Source of the DNA: a virus
Virus record (IMG/VR): IMGVR_UViG_3300040801_002038
Span: 1-39,624 of that record
Direction: 5' to 3' (one strand)
Length of the DNA stretch: 39,624 nucleotides
The position numbers were made by a program, and so were the translations under genes. The notes under the pieces were generated by a model, which was not told where the DNA came from, ran no database searches, and saw only the letters and a program-made list of their open reading frames with translations. This document shows, one piece after another, positions 1 to 7,923 of this stretch (within the stretch, counting starts at the first letter, position 1; each line of letters begins with the position of its first letter).

Positions 1-117
1 CGGGCACGCTGCAGCAGCTGGCCGAGGCCGTCGGCGTGTCCCAGTCCAGCGTGTGGAACTGGACGCAAGGCACCACCGCACCCAGGCTGCAGGCGCGCAA
101 CGCGCTGGCCGCGGCGC
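1..117. repeat. Left copy of exact 117-bp terminal direct repeat (identical to 39508-39624); circularisation overlap of a complete genome
   Basis: Both ends read cgggcacgctgcagcagctggccgagg...cgcaacgcgctggccgcggcgc. The repeat lies inside an ORF that is intact only when the ends are joined. Confidence 0.9.
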
Positions 118-341
118 TGGACGTCGAACCGTTCGCCGTCGAGGCGGCCGTGCTCGAGACGATGCGCGCGCGTGCCGGCCGCAACGACGCCGTACTGCTC
201 GAGGATGCCGAATCCTTGCTGACATGTGTCGGCAATCTGAACGGACGGCGCGTGTCGCAAGCGTTCGCAAGCGACTGTCGCCAGCTGTCGGCCGAGATCG
301 GCGAACGCTTGGCGGCGCAGGTCGAGGGAACAAGGCGCTAG
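3..341 (+). CDS. XRE/Cro-CI-type helix-turn-helix protein, C-terminal part (gene wraps; N-terminal part at 39459-39624; 129 aa when joined)
   Basis: Frame is continuous with ATG 39459 through the repeat. Motif LQQLAEAVGVSQSSVWNWTQGTTAPRLQARNALAAAL is a classic HTH. TAG 339-341 overlaps GTG of the next gene. Confidence 0.7.
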   Translation, partial: GTLQQLAEAVGVSQSSVWNWTQGTTAPRLQARNALAAALDVEPFAVEAAVLETMRARAGRNDAVLLEDAESLLTCVGNLNGRRVSQAFASDCRQLSAEIGERLAAQVEGTRR

Positions 342-1186
342 TGGCCACCACCGAACAGATCGTCGCGAAGATGTCGCCGTCGAAACACGACCTGCTGATG
401 CGCTGTCACTTCGCATTCGCGTGCCGCTACGTCGAGGGCATCAAGTCGCCACCGAACGCAGCGCTGGCATTCGGGCGCGCGTTCGACACGATGGCGAACA
501 GCCAGGCGACCGACAAGCTGCTGAACGACCAGCAGCAGCCGCGGCCCGAGGTCGCTGCCGAGTACTTCGACGCGGCCTGGTCGCTCGAGCGCGACGCCGT
601 CGCCGACTGGCCAGACGATGACCCGGGCACGCTGCTCGACAAGGGCACGGCGCTGTCGGCGCGCTGGTCCTCGAGGTTCCTGCGCCAGGTGCTGCCGCGC
701 CAGACGCAGCCGCGCCTCGAGGTCGAGGTCGAGGTCGAACCCGGCGACACCTTCCGAGCGTTCGGATACGCCGACCTGGTGTGCGACCTCGACCTGCCGA
801 CGTTCCAGGGTCGCAGCGCCATCGTCGACAACAAGGCCAGCCGATCGCGCTGGCCACTCGATCGTTTCCAGTCGAGCACCCAGGCGGCGTTTTACGTCGA
901 GGCGATCCGCCGGCGGGGCGGTCCGGTGGCGGAACTCGATACCGCTGTCTGGGTGGTCGGCATTCATGGTCGGAAAACGCCCGACCTGCAGGTGCTGTCG
1001 AGGCGTGTCGACACGCACGAACGCGACGGCATCCTGCGCCGGTTCGCTGGCGCGCGGTCACTGATCCGCGCGCTGGCCACGTCGGGCACGTGGCTGCCGA
1101 ACCGATCGAACCACCTGTGCTCGAGGCGCTGGTGCGCCTACTGGTCGCGATGCGAACGCGCGTTCGGCGGCCGTGTGAAGGATTGA
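341..1186 (+). CDS. PD-(D/E)xK exonuclease, Cas4/RecB-like with Cys (Fe-S type) cluster
   Basis: GTG 341 overlaps the upstream TAG. Motifs: RCHFAFACRYV (N-terminal Cys), GYADLVCDL...AIVDNKAS (D...DxK), QAAFYVEA (QxxxY), C-terminal CSRRWCAYWSRC. Adjacent to RecT. The track ORF 53..1186 extends upstream over the HTH gene and is not used. Confidence 0.75.
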   Translation: MATTEQIVAKMSPSKHDLLMRCHFAFACRYVEGIKSPPNAALAFGRAFDTMANSQATDKLLNDQQQPRPEVAAEYFDAAWSLERDAVADWPDDDPGTLLDKGTALSARWSSRFLRQVLPRQTQPRLEVEVEVEPGDTFRAFGYADLVCDLDLPTFQGRSAIVDNKASRSRWPLDRFQSSTQAAFYVEAIRRRGGPVAELDTAVWVVGIHGRKTPDLQVLSRRVDTHERDGILRRFAGARSLIRALATSGTWLPNRSNHLCSRRWCAYWSRCERAFGGRVKD

Positions 1187-1193
1187 ACCCCCG

Positions 1194-1457
1194 ATGACCG
1201 ATACCCCACTGCGGAGAATCCTAGTCCATGCCGACGACCTGCTCGGCCGCCAGTTCGAGGTCGAGCCAGCGCACGAGGGCGAACAGCTATTCGTGCTCGA
1301 ATCCGTGCTCGGCTCGCCTGGCGCGCTGCGTGCTGTGCCTGTGACGGTGTGGCGACCAGTCGAGGCCAGCGACATCGAATTCGAGGTCGAGCAGGAACAG
1401 CCAGCCACCACCACCACCACCACCCGCAAGCGCGGAAAGCGAGAACCCAAGCGATGA
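1194..1457 (+). CDS. Hypothetical small protein (87 aa) with T6 run and basic tail
   Basis: ATG 1194, eight nt after the upstream TGA. Stop sits in an ATGA overlap with the recT start. No recognisable motif. Confidence 0.5.
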   Translation: MTDTPLRRILVHADDLLGRQFEVEPAHEGEQLFVLESVLGSPGALRAVPVTVWRPVEASDIEFEVEQEQPATTTTTTRKRGKREPKR

Positions 1458-2941
1458 CCGATACCCCCGACAACGCACCGCAGGTGCCGACCCTGCAGCC
1501 CGACCGGCTGCCGTCTGTGTTCGAGCAGTCGTTCGCCCTGGCTGCCCTGCCGCCCGAGGCGCTCGACCCCGTCGTGCTGCTCGGCAAGTACACCGCGCAC
1601 CCCTACGCGATGCAGTACGCGCAGCGGTTCGCGGCCGAAATCGAGCGCAGCAACATGACGCCGAAAAGCCTGCGGCAGAGCACGCGCGACGGCTACGACG
1701 AACGCGGCACGCAGGCCGCCGTGTGCATCGCGATACTGCACGGCGCGCGCCTCGGGTTCCACCCGTTGCAGGCCGTCCAGAACATCGCATGCGTGAACGG
1801 AAAGCCCGGAATCTACGGCGACGCGTACCCGGCCCTGATGCAGTCACACGGCATCAAGCTGGCCACCGGCGACAACGGCAAGCCATGGGGCCCGGAGTTC
1901 GAGGCGTGGGCGACCATCGAACGCGACGGCCACCTGACCCGGCGCACGTTCTCGTACGACGACGCGAAGCGCGCCGGCCTGCTCACGAAAGATGGCCCGT
2001 GGAAGAACTACCCGACGCGCATGTGCATGCACCGCGCGCGTACGTGGGCGTGCCGCGACGGCGCGGCCGACATCACCCAGGGCATCGACAACGTCGAGGA
2101 AATGGTCGACACGCCCGAGGCGCTGCCGGCGCCGGTGGTGCAGGTGTACAACCACGCCACCGGGTCGACCGAACAGCTGCAGCCGGGCCCGACGGCGGTG
2201 GCCGACGTGGCGCTCGGCCAGCACGTCGCACCGCAGGTTTCCGACCCTGACCCCGAACCACCGGCCGAGGCCGATCCGCCGGCCGAGGTCGACCTCGGCG
2301 CCGAACCGCGCCAGTCGAAGCTGTGGCGCACGAAAACCCGCCGGAAGCCCAAGAACGCCAAACCCGGCGATCGCTGGGAATCCGAGGCCGACGCCGGCGT
2401 CGTGCACGTGCTGGACGTCGACAAGCTGTGGCACGTGTTCGCCGACCCCGCGGCCGCGGCCGCTGCCGTGTGCCTCGAGGTTTTCGAGGCCGGCCTCGAG
2501 GATCGCGAGCCGATGCCGCAGGCCGAGACCAGCGAACCGGAGCAGCACGACGACGCGGTCGAGGCCGACACGGACCAGGGCGAAACGCCCGACCAGGGCG
2601 AACCCGACACGGAACCCGAGGCGCCCGAGGCCGACGCCGACACGGTCGAGGCCGGAGATTCGCCGGAAACCGCCGAGGATGCCCCCGACGTCGCGTTCGA
2701 CGTGTCCGACGCGCAATCACCCCTGCCAAGCGCCGACGCGCTCAGGCGGCGTCTGGCGCGCCAGCAGCGGTATCACAAGCTGCCGGCCCGGGCCATCGGC
2801 GACATCGTGTCGGCTGTGCTCGAGCGCCCGGTGAAGTCGTCTGCCGAGTTGACGGCGCACGAACTCGACCGCGTCTGCAGCGAAATCGAGTTGCGGCACG
2901 GGTTCGAGGCCGACGACGTGCCACCCGACGGCGCCGCCTGA
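1454..2941 (+). CDS. recT: RecT-family single-strand annealing protein with ~275-aa C-terminal extension
   Basis: ATG 1454 (ATGA overlap). Core LGFHPLQAVQNIACVNGKPGIYGDAY...TFSYDDAKRAGLL.KDGPWKNYPTRMCMHRARTWACRD matches the RecT pattern (GPW...M..+A). The rest is a basic patch, an acidic low-complexity stretch and a helical tail. Confidence 0.75.
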   Translation: MTDTPDNAPQVPTLQPDRLPSVFEQSFALAALPPEALDPVVLLGKYTAHPYAMQYAQRFAAEIERSNMTPKSLRQSTRDGYDERGTQAAVCIAILHGARLGFHPLQAVQNIACVNGKPGIYGDAYPALMQSHGIKLATGDNGKPWGPEFEAWATIERDGHLTRRTFSYDDAKRAGLLTKDGPWKNYPTRMCMHRARTWACRDGAADITQGIDNVEEMVDTPEALPAPVVQVYNHATGSTEQLQPGPTAVADVALGQHVAPQVSDPDPEPPAEADPPAEVDLGAEPRQSKLWRTKTRRKPKNAKPGDRWESEADAGVVHVLDVDKLWHVFADPAAAAAAVCLEVFEAGLEDREPMPQAETSEPEQHDDAVEADTDQGETPDQGEPDTEPEAPEADADTVEAGDSPETAEDAPDVAFDVSDAQSPLPSADALRRRLARQQRYHKLPARAIGDIVSAVLERPVKSSAELTAHELDRVCSEIELRHGFEADDVPPDGAA

Positions 2942-3333
2942 TGGCCAACAGCCCGACCAGCCGCACGCTGCAGGTGCTGCGTTCGCACGACGTGCTGGCG
3001 CAGGTCGTCGAGCGCTGGAACCCGCACGCGCGAGTGCGGCAGGACCTGTTCGGCTTCATCGACATCCTGGCGGTAAACCCGATGCGCACCGGCTGCCTCG
3101 GCATCCAGGCGACCAGCGGCAGCAACATGGCCAGCCGGGTCGCCAAGGTGGTCGAGCACCCGCATGCGCGCGTGTTCCTCGAGGCGCAGAACAGCCTGCA
3201 GGTTTGGGGCTGGCGGCAGCTCAAGATCGACGGCCGGCCGACCTGGCGGGCCCGCATCCAGGTGGTCTACCTAGCCACCGACAGCAAGGTGCGCGCAGGC
3301 GACCCCCTGGAACTCGAGCAGCTGCTGCTGTAA
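2941..3333 (+). CDS. Small nuclease-like protein (possible Hjc/PD-(D/E)xK-type resolvase), 130 aa
   Basis: TGATG overlap with recT. The VERW...DLFGFIDILAV...LGIQATSG...R..K layout resembles E-D-(E/Q)x(K/T) restriction-fold cores. Last gene of the recombination operon. Confidence 0.4.
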   Translation: MANSPTSRTLQVLRSHDVLAQVVERWNPHARVRQDLFGFIDILAVNPMRTGCLGIQATSGSNMASRVAKVVEHPHARVFLEAQNSLQVWGWRQLKIDGRPTWRARIQVVYLATDSKVRAGDPLELEQLLL

Positions 3334-3384
3334 ACGTCTGGACAGGGAACGCACCCGGTCCCCCCCCACCCGTTCGAGCCGCCC

Positions 3385-3414
3385 GGGGCGGCAGCTCTGA
3401 CCAGCTGCCGCCCC
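3385..3414. terminator. GC-rich hairpin between the convergent rightward and leftward gene strings
   Basis: ggggcggcagct-ctgacc-agctgccgcccc gives a perfect 12-bp stem and 6-nt loop, followed on + by accttt (weak U tract). There is no U tract for the minus strand. Confidence 0.6.
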
Positions 3415-3419
3415 ACCTT

Positions 3420-3527
3420 TCACCGCGCGCCGGCGGCCTGGCCAGCCAGCGCCAGCAGCAGCAGCAGCAAGGCGCAGGCGATCACCACCACCTCGAACCG
3501 GTCGAGTTGATCGTCGCGGCGCGACAT
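3420..3527 (-). CDS. Unlisted 35-aa single-pass membrane peptide (below ORF-track size cut-off)
   Basis: Hand translation gives MSRRDDQLDRFEVVVIACALLLLLLALAGQAAGAR. ATG 3527 overlaps the upstream TGA by 1 nt (TGATG). It ends 5 nt before the terminator hairpin. Confidence 0.45.
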   Translation of the reverse strand: MSRRDDQLDRFEVVVIACALLLLLLALAGQAAGAR

Positions 3528-3889
3528 CACCCGCCCGACTGGTCGATATGACGGCGCGCCATGATGCGCAGCGCGTCGGCCTCGGCCTTCGGCATCGGCT
3601 TGCGCGGCCCACGTACCCGGTTGACGCCGAGGAACGCCAGCACGCCGGCGCCGACGACCTCGCCGAGCAGGCGCAACGCATCTTCCCAGCTGAACCCGTC
3701 GGCCGCGTCCTCGATCGCCTGGCGCGCGCCGGTGGCCTGCTCCGGTGTCAGGGTGCCGTCGGCCTCGAGGCGGTCGACGGTCGCGATGGCCGCGGCGGTG
3801 GTGTCAGGGTCCCACGGCGTCGTGCAGGCCGGCGTCGTCAACAGAACGGCAGCCAGGACGGCGGCCAGTAGCAGGCGGGTGCGTGTCAT
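3527..3889 (-). CDS. Secreted or lipoprotein-like protein with C-terminal hydrophobic segment (spanin-like candidate)
   Basis: Signal-like N-terminus MTRTRLLLAAVLAAVLLTTPAC (non-canonical lipobox TPAC). C-terminal LLGEVVGAGVLAFLGV followed by a basic tail. ATGA overlap with the upstream gene. Confidence 0.5.
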   Translation of the reverse strand: MTRTRLLLAAVLAAVLLTTPACTTPWDPDTTAAAIATVDRLEADGTLTPEQATGARQAIEDAADGFSWEDALRLLGEVVGAGVLAFLGVNRVRGPRKPMPKAEADALRIMARRHIDQSGG

Positions 3890-4308
3890 GCTTCGGTTTC
3901 CTCCGGTTCGTCTGGTTCTGCGTCGGCGCCCTCGTCGGGCATCCGACAGCCGTTTGCCGTGTGCACGGCCTCGATCGCCTCGAGGCGGTTCCCGAACTCG
4001 TCGAGCTTTGCGTCGATCGCACCGACGAACTCGACGACCTTGTCGCCTGTGTCGAGCGGGCCGTCGTCGTAGCTACGTTTCCAGCCGACCAGCTCAGCGC
4101 AGTGCGACGTGTTCTGCACCAGCTGGCGCGACATTCCGAGCACCAGTTCGTACAGCTTTGGGTCGCTGGCGCTGCGATCGTTCACCGCTGCGTTGATCTG
4201 CCCGGCGCGCGCGTTGCCTTCCTTCGCTTGCCGGTGCGCACGTGCGGCGAACCAGGCGCCGACGGCGCCGATGATCGCGGTGGCGATGGTGGCCAGGTGC
4301 TCGGACAT
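3886..4308 (-). CDS. N-terminally anchored membrane protein with helical and acidic ectodomain (i-spanin-like or holin-like candidate)
   Basis: ATG 4308 (TAATG overlap). MSEHLATIATAIIGAVGAWFAARAHRQ forms one TM segment, followed by helical sequence and an acidic tail DEGADAEPDEPEETEA. Confidence 0.5.
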   Translation of the reverse strand: MSEHLATIATAIIGAVGAWFAARAHRQAKEGNARAGQINAAVNDRSASDPKLYELVLGMSRQLVQNTSHCAELVGWKRSYDDGPLDTGDKVVEFVGAIDAKLDEFGNRLEAIEAVHTANGCRMPDEGADAEPDEPEETEA

Positions 4309-4559
4309 TACGCCGACCCGCCCCTTTCCGCCTCGGCGCGCAGCAGCGCCCGGGCCCGGTTCAGTTTTTCGCGCCTGGTCGTCGTCGGCAGCTGGTCGTC
4401 GCTGGCTTCCGCCAGCAGCTGCTCGACCATTCCCAGCGCATCCCGAGGCGGTTCGGCCGTTCCGGTGCGGGCCAGTTCGCCCTCGAGCGCCACCAGCTGC
4501 TGTGCCATCCGCTGCAGCCTGGCCGTTCGTTGCGGGTTCGTTCGGGGTGCTGTGTTCAT
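4308..4559 (-). CDS. Hypothetical helical protein (83 aa)
   Basis: ATG 4559 in an ATGA overlap. Heptad-like QRMAQQLVALEGELARTG. No TM segment. Confidence 0.45.
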   Translation of the reverse strand: MNTAPRTNPQRTARLQRMAQQLVALEGELARTGTAEPPRDALGMVEQLLAEASDDQLPTTTRREKLNRARALLRAEAERGGSA

Positions 4560-5035
4560 GGTGTCCCATCGCCAGGCGATCTATCCCGGCGCCTAACTTG
4601 GTTAGGGCCCGACATCACGAAACCCAGCGCCAGAACAGCCAGCGCCCGGGTCGCGTCGTCGGGAACGCTTGCGATCACCTGGCGCAGATCGCCCTCGACC
4701 TGGCGCCGGTTCGTGCCACGCAGCCCGGCAAGAATCGCGCGCGCTGCCAGTTTCGTCTGTGGGCCCGCGTTCGGCAGCAGGTCGAGCAGCTGCTGCAGCG
4801 CCTGGCGTTCCCGACGACGCGTCAGGCCCGACGGTGCCGACACCTGGCCGGGTTCCTCGCCCTCGGGCACCCCGTCCCACGTTTCGGACCGGTAGCCGAT
4901 CCGCACCGTGCCGTCGGGGTTCTCGGCCAGCACGTACACCTCGAGGGTTTGCGGATCGTCGGGCCCGTCGGGGTCCATCCCCCAGGGGTCGAGGTCGGTC
5001 GGCGTCGTGCGGGTGTGCCAGGTGGCGCGCATCAT
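4556..5035 (-). CDS. Hypothetical protein downstream of tail fibre (159 aa; fibre accessory?)
   Basis: ATG 5035 in an ATGA overlap with the fibre stop. The longer track ORF (to 5464) overlaps the fibre gene and is not used. Confidence 0.45.
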   Translation of the reverse strand: MMRATWHTRTTPTDLDPWGMDPDGPDDPQTLEVYVLAENPDGTVRIGYRSETWDGVPEGEEPGQVSAPSGLTRRRERQALQQLLDLLPNAGPQTKLAARAILAGLRGTNRRQVEGDLRQVIASVPDDATRALAVLALGFVMSGPNQVRRRDRSPGDGTP

Positions 5036-7308
5036 GGTGGTGTCGATCCTGCGGCCAGGGTGTCGCGGGTCCAGGCTGGCGGTTCCATGGCAGCATCCGG
5101 CCGCGTCGTGTTGCTGCTGTCCTTTTCCAACTGCAGGAACGGCCGGCACGCGCGGCTGGTGTCGTCGCTCGGAATGTTCGTGGTGTTGGTTGCCTCGAGG
5201 GTATGAGTGCCGTCGGCGTCGTCGGCGTACAGCTTCACGCTGCTGGTTGACTCGAACACCAGCCACAGGGTTTTCCCGCCGCTGCTGTTGTTCAGGTCGT
5301 TCAGCACCAGCGACGTGCAGGCCGTGGCCGTCACTGTCGAGCCGTCCGACGTGCACAGGTAGATCACCGTGGCCGACACCGTCGAATCCCATTCGATCCA
5401 CACGCCACCGGCTGGCCGGCCGGATGCGTTCGGGCTGGTGTCGTCGTCGCTGTGCAGGCCCCATCGGGCAGCCAGCGCGCCGGCCGTGTTCGCCAGGCGC
5501 ACCCGGAACCGGAACGCGCGCAGGTCGGCCAGCCAGACGCGCGAGAAGTAGTACACGATCCGCGCCTGCGTGCTGCCGGTGCTCGACTGTCCGTCTATCT
5601 TGACCATCGGCGCCGCGTCGATGGTCTTTTCGGCCGGTATGTAGCGAGGGTTCCCGACGTAATACGTGGGCGATCCGGTCGCAGCGCTACCGAGGCCCTG
5701 CGTGCCGTTCAGGTACCCGTCGGCACGTGTCAGTGCGACCGACCCGGCGTCGATCTTGGCCAGCAGCGCCGCGGCCAGGTTGCTCTCGGCCACGCTGTTC
5801 AGGTAGGCCAGGGCGCCCAGCGCGACAGCCGTCTGCGCTTGCCACTCGCCTGCGCCGGCGTTGTAGCTCAGCTGCTCGCCACCGAACAGCGTGCCGAACG
5901 CCCCCACGTCGTCGAGGTCGTCGAGGTTCAGGCCGTCGAGTGCGGCCAGCGCGCCGCTGTCCGTCACCTGCGCCAGCGTGTGCACGTGGCTGGCCAGCGC
6001 GTAGCCGGTCAGCAGGCCGGCCACGTAGCCGAGGTTCGTAAGGTGCGTAGTCAGGGTCGGGTCGGGCGCGACCACGGGGCCCGTCAGGGTGCCGCCGGAC
6101 AGCAGCAGGTACTGCGGGTGTGCGAGGTCGCCATCCCGATTTCCGAGCAGCTGGTGGTCGGTGATCGCACCGACTCCGCCAGCCGACCCGCCGACACCAC
6201 CGCGCCAGTCGATGTAATCGGCGCCGGCGTCGGTGCTGCGAAAACGCGACTTCACGGCGTTCCCGTAGGCGTTGCCAGTTTCGACGATCAGGGTGGCAAT
6301 CGGCACGTTTTCGGGCGTCAGCACCTCGAGCACGCCGAACGCCAGCGAACGTATTTCGACCTCGGCACCCTGGCGTGCTGATGCCACGGTCGGATACGTG
6401 GCGTGGCCGACCATGCCGATGATCGGGTGCCGCGTGTCGCCAGTCGCGAACAGGTGCACGCACGCAAAGTCGTTGTTCCCGACCTCGGACAGCTGCCAGG
6501 TGCTGCCGGTGTATTCGTTCCACGCGCACCGGCCGGTGCCGGTGGTGGCCACCGGGTAGTTCGTCGCTGCCAGCCGGTGCCAGTCGCCGTTGACGCCTGA
6601 ACGGTAGAACATCGGCACTTGCGCGATCGGCGCCAGGGTTTGCGGGGCGCCATTAGTCACCACGTGTTCGATGTCCTCGTCCCACAGGCTGCCGTCAGAC
6701 ACCGACAGCTGCGCGGCGCTTGCGTCGTCGCCACTGCCGTCGATGTCGAGGTCGCCCAGCGCCAGGCCACCGCCCCAGCGCGCGCCGAACGTGCTGTGGT
6801 TGTAGCGGTGCGTGGCGCTGTCCATGTCGCGGCCGTGGCGTTCATCGCCAACGATGATGGCCTCGGCCTCGGCAACGTCCCATTCCACCGCCGCCACAAA
6901 CGGAAACTCGGTGATGATGTCGAGCGAAAACGTCGTCGTGACGGACAGCACGCCGGCGTCGTAGTAGATGTAATGCAGCCCCTCGGTGTCGGTAATCTGC
7001 ACAGCATCCGGCGCCGACTTTTCGTACCGCACCCCGCGCTGGTAGAACACGAACGACGCGCCGGTCGGGCTGATCGTCAACGTGCGCGTGGCATCGTCCC
7101 ACGAAATGGCCGACTCGCTGCGGTCGACGAACCCCGATTCGTTCACCAGGCCGGCCGGCACCACGTCGTCGGGGTCGACCTCGAGGGCGCGGCCCTTGTC
7201 ACCTACCAGCAGCACGCGCCCGGTCGCTGCGTCGATGCGCAGCTTTCCGGCTGCCACGTAGCGGCCGCCGGTCACCAGCGGGTTACCGTTCGCGTCGTTC
7301 TGCGGCAT
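5032..7308 (-). CDS. Tail fibre / receptor-binding protein (758 aa)
   Basis: Sits distal to the J-like gene. Carries the fibre-type motif HPQYLLLSGGTLTGPV, a Gly/Ala-rich shaft and a beta-rich C-terminal ~170 aa. Confidence 0.7.
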   Translation of the reverse strand: MPQNDANGNPLVTGGRYVAAGKLRIDAATGRVLLVGDKGRALEVDPDDVVPAGLVNESGFVDRSESAISWDDATRTLTISPTGASFVFYQRGVRYEKSAPDAVQITDTEGLHYIYYDAGVLSVTTTFSLDIITEFPFVAAVEWDVAEAEAIIVGDERHGRDMDSATHRYNHSTFGARWGGGLALGDLDIDGSGDDASAAQLSVSDGSLWDEDIEHVVTNGAPQTLAPIAQVPMFYRSGVNGDWHRLAATNYPVATTGTGRCAWNEYTGSTWQLSEVGNNDFACVHLFATGDTRHPIIGMVGHATYPTVASARQGAEVEIRSLAFGVLEVLTPENVPIATLIVETGNAYGNAVKSRFRSTDAGADYIDWRGGVGGSAGGVGAITDHQLLGNRDGDLAHPQYLLLSGGTLTGPVVAPDPTLTTHLTNLGYVAGLLTGYALASHVHTLAQVTDSGALAALDGLNLDDLDDVGAFGTLFGGEQLSYNAGAGEWQAQTAVALGALAYLNSVAESNLAAALLAKIDAGSVALTRADGYLNGTQGLGSAATGSPTYYVGNPRYIPAEKTIDAAPMVKIDGQSSTGSTQARIVYYFSRVWLADLRAFRFRVRLANTAGALAARWGLHSDDDTSPNASGRPAGGVWIEWDSTVSATVIYLCTSDGSTVTATACTSLVLNDLNNSSGGKTLWLVFESTSSVKLYADDADGTHTLEATNTTNIPSDDTSRACRPFLQLEKDSSNTTRPDAAMEPPAWTRDTLAAGSTPP

Positions 7309-7311
7309 GGC

Positions 7312-7911
7312 TCAGCTCGAGAAATACCCCTCGAGGATCACGACCAGCTGCGAAACGGTCGTCGCCGTGCCAGCTTTCGTCGCCGTGAACTCGAGCACGT
7401 CGTCGGGGTCGAGGGTCAGGTTTTGATCGGGGATCAACGGGTACGCCGTGTCGGCGGTCAGGTCGCCGTCGGTCACGGTGTCGGGGTCGGTGGCGAACAG
7501 CTCGGCCGCGTCGGTTTTGTTCGTCAGGCTGAACGTCCATTCGTTCCCGGCCGTGCTGGTCGTGGTGGTGTCGCTCAGAAGCAACAGCCGCGTGACCGTG
7601 AACCCGACCGGCGGCGCCCACAGCAGCCGCGCCGTCGTCGCCGACAGCGACAGCAGTTCGGCCCGCACCACCTGGCGCGACAGCATGCCGAGCAGCGGCC
7701 CCAGCGTCACCCATCCGGTGTTGGCTGCGTTGCGCTGTTTCAGCTCGCTGTTGCCGGTGTCGGCCCACAGCATGTACGCCGTGGTGGTGGTCGGTTCGGC
7801 GGCGCCGGCGAACATCGTTCGCAGCGACTCGAGCGCCGCCGGCAGGTCGGTTTTGAGGAACTCGCCGGCACGGTCGGTGCCCTGCGGTGGAATCGGCCAG
7901 GTTTGTGCCAT
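7312..7911 (-). CDS. Tail fibre-associated structural protein (199 aa)
   Basis: Lies between the J-like and fibre genes. N-terminal pattern P..G.D......DLPAALESL...F.G...P......LWADTGN..LKQRNAANTGWVTLG is common at fibre N-termini. Confidence 0.5.
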   Translation of the reverse strand: MAQTWPIPPQGTDRAGEFLKTDLPAALESLRTMFAGAAEPTTTTAYMLWADTGNSELKQRNAANTGWVTLGPLLGMLSRQVVRAELLSLSATTARLLWAPPVGFTVTRLLLLSDTTTTSTAGNEWTFSLTNKTDAAELFATDPDTVTDGDLTADTAYPLIPDQNLTLDPDDVLEFTATKAGTATTVSQLVVILEGYFSS

Positions 7912-7923
7912 GTTGGGTGCCTC

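Noticed and set aside
1-117. The 117-bp repeat as a genuine packaged terminal redundancy (T7-like DTR).
   Set aside because: The repeat interrupts a coding sequence, and the terminase is of the lambda GpA (cos) type, with a structured non-coding region upstream of terS. This cannot be settled without reads.
53-340. Upstream extensions of the exonuclease ORF (53-340), the recT ORF (1349-1453) and the small nuclease ORF (2323-2940).
   Set aside because: All overlap the preceding gene in another frame and are Arg-rich. Each real start sits at a stop-start overlap.
1185-1467. Near-identical stretches GAACCC-N3-5-ATGACCGATACCCC at 1185-1207 and 1443-1467 (both proteins start MTDTP); considered as recombination boundary repeats.
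   Set aside because: The same (G)GAGAACC-N5-6-ATGAC context precedes several other genes (38716, 38348, 36993). This is best explained as a shared ribosome-binding and start context with a Met-Thr preference, not a mobile or recombination element.
5032-7911. Diversity-generating retroelement (template/variable repeat pair) at the fibre C-terminus.
   Set aside because: No reverse transcriptase gene exists anywhere in the window. I saw no second copy of the fibre 3' region by eye; a self-dot-plot would be needed to be certain.
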